Positions 11,007 to 20,766 of a stretch of DNA of 64,000 bases are shown piece after piece (position 1 is the first letter of the stretch; each line of letters begins with the position of its first letter). The notes beneath the pieces are model-generated. The model was not told the origin of the DNA and did not search any database. It saw only the letters and a program-made list of their open reading frames with translations. The stretch covers positions 1,102-65,101 of the forward strand of contig JAEUQN010000011.1 of the NCBI GenBank assembly GCA_016789725.1, read 5' to 3'. The translations under genes and the position numbers were made by a program. The DNA comes from Blastocatellia bacterium (GTDB lineage: Bacteria; Acidobacteriota; Blastocatellia; RBC074).

Positions 11007-11100
11007 GATGAGAGTAATGGGAGAAATGGGAATTAAGGGAGCGAAATAAAATTGTCTCTCATTACTCCCATGCACCCACTATCACATCTTGACTCTCATT
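11007..11100. repeat. imperfect long hairpin with roughly 7-nt periodic purine-rich arm (kinase-priA spacer)
   Basis: ATGAGAGTAATGGGAG (11008-11023) pairs with CTCTCATTACTCCCAT (11055-11070), 2 mismatches. A second match is ATGAGAGT/ACTCTCAT (11091-11098). The left arm reads GAGATGA GAGTAAT GGGAGAA ATGGGAA. Confidence 0.5.
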
Positions 11101-11125
11101 TATCGCCCGCCTACTCTCAGCGCGT

Positions 11126-13603
11126 ATGTTTGCCGAAGTCGCCATCCCTCTCTATGTTCACCAAACTTTCACCTATGCCTTGCCCGAAAGCTTTGCCGCG
11201 CAGGCGCAACCAGGCTGTCGCGCATTGATTCCGTTTGGTCGCCAATTGCTCACCGGCTACATCGTAGACATTCACAACACGCTCGAAGACGCCGGACTTG
11301 ATGCCGAAAGCACTGAGATCAAAGCGGTCGAGGAGCTTTTCGACACCGAGCCGCTGGTCACGCGCGAGTTGCTGGATTTGACCAAATGGATTGCGGATTA
11401 TTACTTTGCTCCGTGGGGCGAAACGATCAAAGCGTGTCTGCCCGCAGGCATCAACGCCGAAGCCGAAACGATGTTGTCATTGACGACCAACGCGCAAGCA
11501 GCATTGTCAAATCTGCCCGCCAAGCCCACGACGAAATTGCAAGCCTTGCAATTCATCGCCGCAAATCTGGACGAAAACGGCGCAATGAATTCGCGCCTGC
11601 TCATCAAAGAATTCGACAAAGCGAAAGCAGGTGCGCTGATTCGTGAGCTGGAAAAATCCGGCTACATCATCGTCACGCGACAGATGCAAGACGCCGCCGT
11701 GAAGCCGAAAAAACAGCAGGCCGTGCGGTTGCGCGACGGGGAGATGGGGGGAGGGGGAGATGGGGGGAGAGAAAAGCCGCTGAATGAGCAACAACAGCGC
11801 GTCATCAAAACGTTGCTGGAAGCAACCGAACCACTTGGTTTGACACAATTGACCGAAGCCGCCGATGTCAGCACTTCGGTGGTCAAAACCTTGGAAAAAC
11901 GCGGCCTCGTCGAAATCTTCGTGCGCGAAGTGCGCCGCGATCCGCTGGCCCATTTGAAGAATCTTTCCGCCGATGAATTGGAGCTGATGCCGCAACAAGC
12001 CGAAGCTCTCGACGCCATCACGACCGCGCTTGCAGCCAATAAATACGCGGCGTTTCTGCTGCACGGTGTCACCGGCAGCGGCAAAACCGAAGTCTACATT
12101 CGCGCGATGCGAGCCGCGCTCGAACAAGGCAAAACCGCGTTGATGTTAGTGCCGGAAATCTCACTGACGCCAATGTTTGCGCGCCGCCTCTCCGCACATT
12201 TCGGCGATGCCGTAGCGATTCTGCACTCGTCGCTGTCCGATGGCGAACGGCTTGACGAATGGAATCGCCTGCGCACGGGCGAAGCACGCATCTGCATCGG
12301 CGCGCGTTCCGGTGTGTTTGCACCGCTCGAAAATCTCGGCCTGCTGATCGTGGACGAAGAACACGAAGCCGCGTACAAACAGGACAGCGAACCGCGCTAT
12401 CACGGGCGCGATACGGCAATCGTGCGTGCGCTGAAAGCCAACGCTGTCGTCGTCCTCGGCAGTGCAACGCCTTCGATGGAGTCGTTTCACAACGCGCACA
12501 CAGGCAAGTACACATATCTGAAAATGGACACGCGCGTCAGCGGTCGTCCGCTCGCGCCCGTCGAAGTCGTAGACATGCGCGAAGTCTTTGCGCGCCACGG
12601 CAAGCAGCAAATCTTCTCTGACGAAATGAAAGCCGCCATCGCTGAAAATCACGAACGCGGCAAGCAAACGCTGGTGCTGCTGAACCGGCGCGGCTTCTCG
12701 TCCTTCCTGCTCTGTCGCGGCTGTGGCCACAAATCGCATTGCCCGAATTGCGATGTGGCGTTGACCTACCACAAATCCGAAGCGCGCCTCGTCTGCCATT
12801 ACTGCGGCCATCAGGCACGAGTCCCGCGCGCCTGCGAAAACTGCTCCGGCCCCTATATTTACTATGTCGGTGAAGGCACGGAACAAATCGAATCGTTGTT
12901 GCAGGAACTCTATCCCGATATGCGCATCGCACGTTTAGACCGCGACACGACGCGCCGACGCGGAGCCTTTGAAAAGCTGCTCGGAGCCTTTGCCCTCGGC
13001 GAAATTGATTTGATGGTCGGCACGCAAATGATCGCCAAAGGTCACGACTTTCATAACGTCACGCTCGTCTGCGTGATTTCGGTGGACGCGGGCTTAGCCA
13101 TCCCCGACTTCCGTTCGGCTGAGCGCACGTTTCAATTGCTCACCCAGGTCGCAGGCCGCGCCGGACGTGGCGAAGACCGAGGCCGCGTGCTGTTGCAAAG
13201 CTATCACCCAGAGCATTACGCGCTGGAATACGCGCAGACGCAGGTCTACGAAAAGTTTTACGAACACGAGATTCACTTCCGCCAGCAAATGCGCTACCCG
13301 CCATTCGTAGCGTTGATCAACGTCCTGATTCATCACGCCGAATACGCCAAAGCCACCACCGTCGCTGCCGAATTCGCCCGCCTGCTGAAAGCCGCCGACA
13401 AAGAACAAGCCTTACGCATCTTAGGCCCTGCGCCCGCGCCCCTTGCCCGCATCAAAGGCGAGCATCGGTTGCAGGTGTTGATTAAGACGAAGAACCGAAG
13501 AGTGGCAAGAGAAGCACTGGATGCGGCGATGCTGGCGTTGAAGGAACAGGCGTGGGATTTGCGGATGCTGAATGTCGAAGTTGATCCGGTGAGTTTGATG
13601 TAA
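11126..13603 (+). CDS. priA: primosomal protein N' (replication restart helicase PriA)
   Basis: N-terminal MFAEVAIPL...TFTYALP, Walker [14 protein letters not shown], and Cys-rich zinc module [21 protein letters not shown]...CHYCGH...CENC. Confidence 0.93.
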   Translation: MFAEVAIPLYVHQTFTYALPESFAAQAQPGCRALIPFGRQLLTGYIVDIHNTLEDAGLDAESTEIKAVEELFDTEPLVTRELLDLTKWIADYYFAPWGETIKACLPAGINAEAETMLSLTTNAQAALSNLPAKPTTKLQALQFIAANLDENGAMNSRLLIKEFDKAKAGALIRELEKSGYIIVTRQMQDAAVKPKKQQAVRLRDGEMGGGGDGGREKPLNEQQQRVIKTLLEATEPLGLTQLTEAADVSTSVVKTLEKRGLVEIFVREVRRDPLAHLKNLSADELELMPQQAEALDAITTALAANKYAAFLLHGVTGSGKTEVYIRAMRAALEQGKTALMLVPEISLTPMFARRLSAHFGDAVAILHSSLSDGERLDEWNRLRTGEARICIGARSGVFAPLENLGLLIVDEEHEAAYKQDSEPRYHGRDTAIVRALKANAVVVLGSATPSMESFHNAHTGKYTYLKMDTRVSGRPLAPVEVVDMREVFARHGKQQIFSDEMKAAIAENHERGKQTLVLLNRRGFSSFLLCRGCGHKSHCPNCDVALTYHKSEARLVCHYCGHQARVPRACENCSGPYIYYVGEGTEQIESLLQELYPDMRIARLDRDTTRRRGAFEKLLGAFALGEIDLMVGTQMIAKGHDFHNVTLVCVISVDAGLAIPDFRSAERTFQLLTQVAGRAGRGEDRGRVLLQSYHPEHYALEYAQTQVYEKFYEHEIHFRQQMRYPPFVALINVLIHHAEYAKATTVAAEFARLLKAADKEQALRILGPAPAPLARIKGEHRLQVLIKTKNRRVAREALDAAMLALKEQAWDLRMLNVEVDPVSLM
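11738..11769 (+). repeat. perfect 16-nt tandem duplication forming a canonical G-quadruplex motif inside priA
   Basis: GGGGAGATGGGGGGAG x2 (11738-11753, 11754-11769). Four G-runs of 4-6 with loops AGAT/A/AGAT. Encodes [10 protein letters not shown]. Confidence 0.8.
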
Positions 13604-13629
13604 TTTTTGATCAGTTTAGGAGGTAAAGA

Positions 13630-14397
13630 ATGAAGACCTTGATCGCAGTTTCTATTCTTAGTTTTTGTCTCACACAATCACCTATGACCATAAAAGAATC
13701 TGACAGACAACACGAAGGTTTTGTAGGAGATGTCAAAACAGTCACAACATATTTGTCTCTGGTGTCTGGAAATTGGCAATCAACACCGCGCAGGAAGCAG
13801 TGCAAGTTTAGGACGGTAAGATATGACTCAAATGGTCGGCTAATCCAGAGTTCTCTTTATCCTGATTGTGGACGGGGTGGCGAATTTCGTGACACGTTTA
13901 CTTACGACAAAGAAGGGAATCGTTATGACAAAAATGAAATGATTGAAGTCAAAAGTGGAATCCCTGCCGGGCCTCCGCCAATGGCCGGGAAACCAATTCT
14001 TGAAGATGAGGCTGTGAAGGCTCCCAGCGCGACATTCAAATATGACGATCAGGGAAAAAGAGCGGAACAAGCAGGGCTTTTTAGCGATGGAAAGCTTATG
14101 CACAGGTTCATTTATAAGTACGATGAGAAAGGGCGATTAGCTGAAATTTTGCGTTATTATCCCGAAGAAAAAACACCCCGCAAAACTGCATATTCATATT
14201 TCGCAGACCAACAATTTCCTGTGGCTTGGATAGAATATGACGCCAACGGCAAGCTATCGCAAAGGTATGTTTTTTCTGATTATTCTCTCAATGCAATGGG
14301 CGATTGGATCAAGCGCAAAGCGGTGATTGAAGACGGCGCGGGCAAAAGAGTTGGTTGGGAATCGCGCCAGATCGAATACCATCCAGTGAGGAAATAA
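13630..14397 (+). CDS. secreted protein with YD/RHS-like short repeats
   Basis: Signal-like N-terminus MKTLIAVSILSFCL. Recurring YDxxGR/K units (RYDSNGRL, TYDKEGNRY, KYDDQGKR, KYDEKGRL, YDANGKL). Good SD AGGAGG upstream. Confidence 0.6.
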   Translation: MKTLIAVSILSFCLTQSPMTIKESDRQHEGFVGDVKTVTTYLSLVSGNWQSTPRRKQCKFRTVRYDSNGRLIQSSLYPDCGRGGEFRDTFTYDKEGNRYDKNEMIEVKSGIPAGPPPMAGKPILEDEAVKAPSATFKYDDQGKRAEQAGLFSDGKLMHRFIYKYDEKGRLAEILRYYPEEKTPRKTAYSYFADQQFPVAWIEYDANGKLSQRYVFSDYSLNAMGDWIKRKAVIEDGAGKRVGWESRQIEYHPVRK

Positions 14398-14401
14398 ATC
14401 T

Positions 14402-15508
14402 ATGACAAAACCGAAAAAGCAAAACAAACTCGTAACAACCGAAACAAAAATCGCAGGCTATGACAACATCCTGAACGACCTTGTTGACTTGCTTGAATCT
14501 GCGCGTCGTACTTCAGCCCGCGCAGTCAACGCCGTGATGACCGCAACATATTGGGAAATGGGGCGGCGCATTGTCGAGTCAGAGCAAAAGGGGAAAAAGC
14601 GTGCTGAATATGGCAAAGAACTAATGGTGCAGCTTGGCACGGATTTGACCAAGCGGTTCGGTCGAGGCTTTAGTTGGCGCAATATTTTTCAGATGCGATC
14701 TTTTTATTTGGCCTATCCTGCAATTTTGCAGACAGTGTCTGCAAAATCTAATCTCTCAGAAATTGCGAAACAGTTTCCCCTGCCCTGGTCTCATTACGTC
14801 AAGCTGCTCGGTGTCAAAAGCAATGAAGCGCGGGCGTTCTACGAAGCAGAAGCCTTGCGCGGTGGCTGGACAGTGCGGCAGCTTGATCGTCAAATCAACA
14901 GCCTGTTTTATGAACGCACCGCGCTTTCGCGGAACAAGGCGGCGATGCTGACCAAAGGTGCGAAGCCGAAGCCCGAAGATGCCGTGACGCCCGAAGAAGA
15001 AATCAAAGACCCGTTGGTGCTCGAATTTCTCGGCCTAAACGACAGATTTTCCGAACACGAATTGGAAACCGCGCTGCTCGATCATTTGCAGGAATTTCTG
15101 CTTGAGCTTGGCAACGAGTTTACATTTGTCGGACGGCAAAAGCGGATGCGCATTGATGACCAATGGTATCGCGTAGATTTGGTGCTGTATCAGCGGCGAT
15201 TGCGATGTTTGCTGATGCTGGATTTCAAGCTTGGCAAGCTGACGCACGCGGATGTTGGGCAAATGCACTTGTACTGCAACTACGCGCGCGACCAGTGGAC
15301 GTTGCCGGACGAAAACCCGCCTGTGGGATTGATCCTCTGTTCCAGTAAAGGCGAAGCGTTGGCGCGCTATGCGCTCGAAGGTTTGCCGAACAAAGTGATG
15401 GCGGCGGAATATCGCGTGGCATTGCCGGACGAACAATTGCTGGTCGCGGAAATCGAAAAGACTCGTCACTTGCTTGAAACACAACGCATCATCAAAGGGA
15501 AACGCTGA
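14402..15508 (+). CDS. YhcG-family PDDEXK nuclease (DUF1016)
   Basis: Typical DUF1016 pattern: ATYWEMGRRIVE, GYGKELM-like segment, LSWSHYVKLL, IKDPLVLEFLGL, then nuclease core FTFVGRQKRMRIDDQWYRVDLVLY...LLMLDFKLGKL. Confidence 0.85.
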   Translation: MTKPKKQNKLVTTETKIAGYDNILNDLVDLLESARRTSARAVNAVMTATYWEMGRRIVESEQKGKKRAEYGKELMVQLGTDLTKRFGRGFSWRNIFQMRSFYLAYPAILQTVSAKSNLSEIAKQFPLPWSHYVKLLGVKSNEARAFYEAEALRGGWTVRQLDRQINSLFYERTALSRNKAAMLTKGAKPKPEDAVTPEEEIKDPLVLEFLGLNDRFSEHELETALLDHLQEFLLELGNEFTFVGRQKRMRIDDQWYRVDLVLYQRRLRCLLMLDFKLGKLTHADVGQMHLYCNYARDQWTLPDENPPVGLILCSSKGEALARYALEGLPNKVMAAEYRVALPDEQLLVAEIEKTRHLLETQRIIKGKR

Positions 15509-15539
15509 TGTAGGTTATAATGCCGCTGAGGTACGAGCT

Positions 15540-15869
15540 ATGAGTATTGTCGTTGAGGCTGAAAAATACATCTCGTCATTGACGCGCGCCGAAAAAGCGC
15601 AGGTCTTGCAATGGATCGTGCGCGACTTGGGCGATTCGTTTCCCGGCATTGAAAGCACAGCGGGCGTTTGCGGTGGTGCGGCACGCATTGTCCGCACACG
15701 CATCCCAATTTGGACGTTGGAGCAAGCGCGCCGATTAGGCACAAGCGAAGCGGATATTCTCAAGGCTTTTCCTACATTGCGCGCCGAAGACTTGGCCAAT
15801 GCCTGGGCATATGTTCGTTCGCACAAACAAGAGATCGAACAGGAAATTCGGGAAAACGAAGAGGCTTGA
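15540..15869 (+). CDS. DUF433 antitoxin-like protein
   Basis: VCGGAARIVRTRIPIWTL core typical of DUF433. ATG 15540; 3-nt gap to the partner gene. Confidence 0.75.
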   Translation: MSIVVEAEKYISSLTRAEKAQVLQWIVRDLGDSFPGIESTAGVCGGAARIVRTRIPIWTLEQARRLGTSEADILKAFPTLRAEDLANAWAYVRSHKQEIEQEIRENEEA

Positions 15870-15872
15870 GCG

Positions 15873-16214
15873 ATGGCGCGTTTATACTCGAACGAAAACT
15901 TCCCATTGCCTGTGGTGCAGGAATTACGACGCTTAGGCCATGATGTTTTGACCGTGCAAGAAGCGGGCAATGCCGATCAATCCATTCCTGACGACGCAGT
16001 TTTAGCATTTGCCTGTTCTGAACAACGCACTATCCTGACGCTCAATCGGCGTGACTTTATCAACCTGCATAACTCTCAATCACCGCACTTTGGCATTATT
16101 GTTTGCACGTATGACGCGGACTTTGCTGGACAAGCGCAAAGAATTCACCACGCTATCGAATTGCAGCCGTCTCTCCAAAATGAACTACTTCGTGTAAATC
16201 GCCCGCAGAAATAA
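15873..16214 (+). CDS. DUF5615/Mut7-C PIN-like toxin-like protein
   Basis: MARLYSNENFPLPVVQELRRLGHDVLTV...ILTLNRRDF; the usual partner of DUF433. Confidence 0.7.
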   Translation: MARLYSNENFPLPVVQELRRLGHDVLTVQEAGNADQSIPDDAVLAFACSEQRTILTLNRRDFINLHNSQSPHFGIIVCTYDADFAGQAQRIHHAIELQPSLQNELLRVNRPQK

Positions 16215-16270
16215 ATCGAAAAAATTAGCACTTGCTCGAAACGCAACGCATCATCAAGGGCAAAAGGTAA
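16213..16270 (+). pseudogene. displaced duplicate of the last ~14 codons of yhcG
   Basis: 16229-16270 translates HLLETQRIIKGKR*, identical to the real yhcG C-terminus (15467-15508). There are 7 nucleotide differences, all synonymous or stop-for-stop. An in-frame TAG lies immediately upstream. Confidence 0.8.
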
Positions 16271-16315
16271 CAACGGGTGAGGGAATTGCGAGAGACTCGC
16301 GCCTCCCTCCGCGTG

Positions 16316-17383
16316 TTAGTTTTTCTTCGCAGGCGGTTGGCGGAACGACCGCTCCACCCAATCCTTCACATCCGTAGACACCGGCCCATCGCGCCACAGC
16401 CAGCGCATCATTTCCGGCATAATCATCCCGCCGTATTTTTGCCCGTGCAGATTCATGCTCCACGAATAATTCACATCATAACCTTTCTGTGTCAGCGCCT
16501 TCATCAACCGGACGTTCTGATAAAACCAGTCGCGCTTTTCGTCATATTCACCATTCGCCCGCAGTCCGCGATTGTCGTTGCGCCCGTCACAGAGATACAC
16601 GCGAATTGGTTTCTTTTCGCTTTGCAGCACAAGGTCGGGATAGACGTGGCCGCCGCGCAGGTTCACGAAGCTGCCAACATTGCTCAGCACTTTGCGAAAT
16701 TCATTGGGGCGCTGCCACGCGACCGTGAACGCGGCAATCGCACCCGAGCTGGAACCGCCAATGCCGCGCATTTCCGGGTCTTTGGAAATGTTGTATTCCT
16801 TATTCAGCACGGGCAGCAGTTCTTCGGTAATCACGCGCGCGTATTTGTCATCCAGCGTGTTGTATTCCGTAGGCCGATTGACGGTGCGGTCACCCCATTC
16901 CTGCGCGTTCGGTTCGGGCTGTTCGGGCGTGCGACCGGGATTGATGAAGACGCCAATCATCACCGGAATCTCACGCCGATAGATCAAATTGTCCATCACA
17001 TTCTGCGCGCGAATATCGCCTTCGGGATGCATAAAGGCGTGGCCGTCCTGAAAGACCATCAGCGCCGCCGGAACTGCCGGATCATATTGCGCCGGAACGT
17101 AGACCCAATAGGTGTGCTGCGTGCCGGGATACGCGCCGCTCGTGCTCGGCAACGTGTACGGCCCGCGAATCTCCCCCTTAGGCACGCCTTCCTGCGGGAA
17201 CGAATCCGGCCCCAACCGATATTGCGAATTCGGATGCGGCCCCGGCGGCAGCGGCGGCGGGCCGGGGCGCGCGGCTTGTGGATTGGGTTGCGACGGAGTT
17301 GTTTGCGGTGTGACCGCTTGCGCGAACGCCATTGCGGCTGCGCCCGCGAGAATTAGGATGATGGATGTGAATGTTTTTTTCAT
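16316..17383 (-). CDS. secreted esterase, alpha/beta hydrolase (esterase D / enterochelin-esterase-like family)
   Basis: Signal peptide [22 protein letters not shown]. GxSxG-type [14 protein letters not shown] at 17383 preferred over 17419. Confidence 0.75.
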   Translation of the reverse strand: MKKTFTSIILILAGAAAMAFAQAVTPQTTPSQPNPQAARPGPPPLPPGPHPNSQYRLGPDSFPQEGVPKGEIRGPYTLPSTSGAYPGTQHTYWVYVPAQYDPAVPAALMVFQDGHAFMHPEGDIRAQNVMDNLIYRREIPVMIGVFINPGRTPEQPEPNAQEWGDRTVNRPTEYNTLDDKYARVITEELLPVLNKEYNISKDPEMRGIGGSSSGAIAAFTVAWQRPNEFRKVLSNVGSFVNLRGGHVYPDLVLQSEKKPIRVYLCDGRNDNRGLRANGEYDEKRDWFYQNVRLMKALTQKGYDVNYSWSMNLHGQKYGGMIMPEMMRWLWRDGPVSTDVKDWVERSFRQPPAKKN

Positions 17384-17415
17384 GTGCGATTCCTTATAGG
17401 TTGTATTTGAATTCA

Positions 17416-17784
17416 TCAAGCTGCTGGCAACGGGCCGGACGCGACGAGTTTCTTTTTGCGTGGGTCAACGGTTAAGCTTAGGCCTTCGAGCGTGCGCGCG
17501 CCGAGCAGCAATAAATCACCCTTTTCGGCGAAAACGACTTCATCAACAGTGAAGGATTTCTCCAAACGGACAATTGCAAACCCAACACTGCGCGTGATGC
17601 GCTGACCGTTTGCCATAATGAATTCCAAATCTTTTTTCTCGCGCTCAATGCCGATTTTTTCCAGCGTTGTGGCCGGAACCCAGGTGTATTCGCTGCCTGT
17701 ATCAACAAGCATGCGCGGCATCACCGCAGACTGATCGCGGGCGCTGATATTTTCAATTTTGCAGCGGACGAAAAATGTTCCCAT
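17416..17784 (-). CDS. retropepsin-like aspartyl protease
   Basis: 122 aa with [11 protein letters not shown] catalytic motif. Confidence 0.75.
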   Translation of the reverse strand: MGTFFVRCKIENISARDQSAVMPRMLVDTGSEYTWVPATTLEKIGIEREKKDLEFIMANGQRITRSVGFAIVRLEKSFTVDEVVFAEKGDLLLLGARTLEGLSLTVDPRKKKLVASGPLPAA

Positions 17785-17855
17785 ACGATTTTCTTCCAGT
17801 GGCTGGCGCTAGAAAAAAAACGATTTCCCACCGCCAGCCGTTGTTAGATTATCAA

Positions 17856-19139
17856 CTATCTACTCGCCAACTGCCTGCCCGCTTGCCGTGCTTCATCCAA
17901 TGTCAGCCGTTGTTTCTTGCGATACGACAGATTGGCCATGTGCGCAGCAATCGCGGAACGATAGCCCAACTCGACGGACGAATTCGGCTCTTTGCGCGAG
18001 CGGACGCATTCGACGAAATTGTGATAGTGATTGACGCCTTTGGCTTCGCCTTTGACGACGACGCCATCGGGGTTGTTGAGTTTTTCCGGCGCGTAATTCC
18101 AACCGCTTCCGGCTCGGCCTGAAACCATATCCGTTGTGCCCATCAGCCATTCAATCGTGCCGTGGGAGCCGAGGATGCGCGCGCCTAAGCCATAACGGCT
18201 GTTGCTGAAGCTGGATTGCCACGTCACGACCAAATCATTGGGATAATCGAGCGTCACCGCAATTGTGTCCGGCACTTCGCGTCCATCTTTTTCGGAGAAG
18301 ACACCGCCGGACATATACGCTGCGGTCGGCACGCCCAAATCCAGTACGCCGATCAGCCAGCCGATTTGATGCACCATGTTTTCGGTGACATTGCCGCCGC
18401 TGAATTCCCAGAACAAACGCCAGTTGATGAACTTGTTTGCATCAAACGCCCGCTTTGAGCGGCCATTCAGAAACGCATCCCATTTGACGTTGTTGGCGTT
18501 GCAATCCGCCGGGATTGGGCGCACCCATTGGCCGACGCCGCGTTTGGAATTGCGGCTCATCCACATTTCGGCGTGCGTCACCGTGCCGAGTTTATTGGAC
18601 TTTGCCCATTCGCGCGAATCGGCGAAATAGCCTGCGCTGTTGTGTTGCAGACCGATGCCGACGACGCGATTGGAGGATTTCTTGGCGGCGGCGAGACACG
18701 CTTCGGCTTCCTCAATGGACCACGTCATGGTCTTTTCGCAGTACAAATCTTTGCCGGCGGCGAGCGTGTCAATAAAGTGGCGCGCGTGCGTGTGCAACGG
18801 CGTCGCAACGATCACGGCGTCGAGGTCTTTCATCTCCAGCATCTTGCGATGATCGGTGAAGGTTTTGACGTTGCTGGCATCGGCTCCGGCATTCGTGATG
18901 AGCTTTTTGGCCTGATCGAAACGCGCGTTGTAGACATCCGCCAGCGCGACGAATTCTGCGTTTGGTGCTTTTACGAAATCGCGCATCAATTCCTGTCCCC
19001 GCGCGCCGGGGCCGATGATGCCGAGTCGAACACGATCATTGGCACCCAACACACGAGAGGTCGGGAGTGTTAATCCAAGCGCCCCCAGGGTGGTTGAGGC
19101 GGCAGCCTGCTTGAGAAAATCTCTGCGTTCAAGAGTCAT
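17856..19139 (-). CDS. Gfo/Idh/MocA-family oxidoreductase with Tat signal
   Basis: MTLERRDFLKQAAASTTLGALG twin-arginine signal and GIIGPGARG Rossmann motif. ATG 19139 chosen. Confidence 0.85.
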   Translation of the reverse strand: MTLERRDFLKQAAASTTLGALGLTLPTSRVLGANDRVRLGIIGPGARGQELMRDFVKAPNAEFVALADVYNARFDQAKKLITNAGADASNVKTFTDHRKMLEMKDLDAVIVATPLHTHARHFIDTLAAGKDLYCEKTMTWSIEEAEACLAAAKKSSNRVVGIGLQHNSAGYFADSREWAKSNKLGTVTHAEMWMSRNSKRGVGQWVRPIPADCNANNVKWDAFLNGRSKRAFDANKFINWRLFWEFSGGNVTENMVHQIGWLIGVLDLGVPTAAYMSGGVFSEKDGREVPDTIAVTLDYPNDLVVTWQSSFSNSRYGLGARILGSHGTIEWLMGTTDMVSGRAGSGWNYAPEKLNNPDGVVVKGEAKGVNHYHNFVECVRSRKEPNSSVELGYRSAIAAHMANLSYRKKQRLTLDEARQAGRQLASR

Positions 19140-19379
19140 ACTGATATTCCTTTGTTGAGTTGAATTGCGGTTCAGTCCAGACCGTAATGATTTACCATCT
19201 GGTCGAATTTGACAATGCACGTAGTGGCAAATTTATTTGCTCGTCAAACAAAGCGAATGAATTCGCTACTACGTGCCGTATGGTTTGACCAGTTTGCAGG
19301 TGCATATTATGCTGATCGCGCATTTGGCGTTTCCGCCACTCAAATCTCGAAATCGAAACTACGCTCACCGGAGATCATA

Positions 19380-20669
19380 ATGAGTCAAAACGTTACGGGC
19401 GCTGCCGCGTCGGCAGCCGGAAAAATCAAACACTTGCGCTGGTGGATTTGCGGATTGTTATTTTTTGCCACCGTGGTCAATTACATTGACCGGCAAGTGT
19501 TAGGAACGCTTGCGCCGGAATTGCAAACCAAGATTGGATGGTCAGAGTCGGAATACAGCAACATCGTGATTTCGTTTCAGCTTGCCTACGCCTTGATGTT
19601 TCTGGTGTGGGGCGGCGTGCTGGATAAAATTGGCGTCAAGCTGGGCTTTGCCATTGCTTTGGTGATGTGGTCTTTCGCGGGAATGGGCCATGCCCTGGCT
19701 GCGAGCGCCTTCGGCTTTGGTGTCGCGCGTTTTATGCTGGGGATTGGCGAGGCGGCGAATTTTCCGGCTTCGGTGAAAACGGTCGCCGAATGGTTTCCGA
19801 AAAAGGAACGAGCGCTGGCCACCGGGATTTTCAATGCCGGGACCAATGTCGGCGCGATTATCGCTCCGGCCACGGCTTTGATTTTATCGGAACATTTCGG
19901 CTGGCAAAGCGCCTTTATTTTTACGGGCGCGGTCGGTTTTCTCTGGCTCATTTTCTGGTGGTATTTGTATCAGCGCCCGGAAGAGCATCCGCGATTGGCC
20001 CCGGAAGAGTTGACCTATATCCGCGACGGCGAAGTCGAAACTGTAACGCCGAAAATCCCGTGGCTCTCGCTGCTTAGTTATCGTCAGACGTGGGCCTTTG
20101 CGGTGGGCAAAATGATGACCGATCCGGTTTGGTGGTTTTATTTGTTCTGGCTGCCCAAATTTCTCAACAAGAATTTTGGGATCAAAGGAACGGCACTCAT
20201 TCCTTATTTGACGGTTGTCTACCTTATCGCCGACGTCGGTTCGGTGGGCGGCGGCTATTTGTCGTCGGCGCTGATCAAACGCGGCTGGACTGTGAATTGG
20301 GCACGAAAAGTCGCGCTGTTTTCATTCGCCGTGGTGATGCCATTGGTCACGATTGCGCATTTCACCACCAGCGTGTGGCTCGCCGTGATTATGATTGGTA
20401 TTGCGGCAGGTGCGCATCAGGGATGGTCCGCGAATCTGTTTACGCTGACCGCCGATCTGTTCCCGCGCAAAGCGGTCGGCTCCGTCGTCGGTATCGGCAG
20501 TTGTGCCGGGGCGCTCGGCGGAATCCTGTTACCGTTATATGCGGGCAAAGTGCTGGACCAAAACCCAAGCTATTACTTGCCGATGTTTATTGTGGCAGGT
20601 GTGACGTATGTCCTGGCCTGGGTGGCGATTCATTTGCTAGTGCCGAAGATGGAGCCAGCAAAGATTTGA
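19380..20669 (+). CDS. MFS transporter (anionic sugar / hexuronate-galactonate type)
   Basis: 12-TM pattern. NYIDRQVLG and GIGEAANFPA motifs typical of the ACS/ExuT-like subfamily. Confidence 0.8.
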   Translation: MSQNVTGAAASAAGKIKHLRWWICGLLFFATVVNYIDRQVLGTLAPELQTKIGWSESEYSNIVISFQLAYALMFLVWGGVLDKIGVKLGFAIALVMWSFAGMGHALAASAFGFGVARFMLGIGEAANFPASVKTVAEWFPKKERALATGIFNAGTNVGAIIAPATALILSEHFGWQSAFIFTGAVGFLWLIFWWYLYQRPEEHPRLAPEELTYIRDGEVETVTPKIPWLSLLSYRQTWAFAVGKMMTDPVWWFYLFWLPKFLNKNFGIKGTALIPYLTVVYLIADVGSVGGGYLSSALIKRGWTVNWARKVALFSFAVVMPLVTIAHFTTSVWLAVIMIGIAAGAHQGWSANLFTLTADLFPRKAVGSVVGIGSCAGALGGILLPLYAGKVLDQNPSYYLPMFIVAGVTYVLAWVAIHLLVPKMEPAKI

Positions 20670-20677
20670 TGGAAGGC

Positions 20678-20749
20678 TTTTTGACAGGATTCGCAAGATT
20701 GACAGGGTTAACACCCATCTTGTTTATCTTGTGAATCCTGTCAAAAAGT
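20678..20749. terminator. 16-bp perfect inverted repeat between convergent genes (bidirectional terminator or REP)
   Basis: CTTTTTGACAGGATTC (20678-20693) / GAATCCTGTCAAAAAG (20734-20749). A/T runs flank both sides. Confidence 0.55.
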
Positions 20750-20766
20750 CTGCTCCGCGTTTTCAG

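Noticed and set aside
16277-17356. 359-aa + strand ORF
   Set aside because: It is antisense to the well-supported esterase gene. Its composition (RRRxxR runs, many H/R/P) is typical of antisense translation of GC-rich coding DNA.
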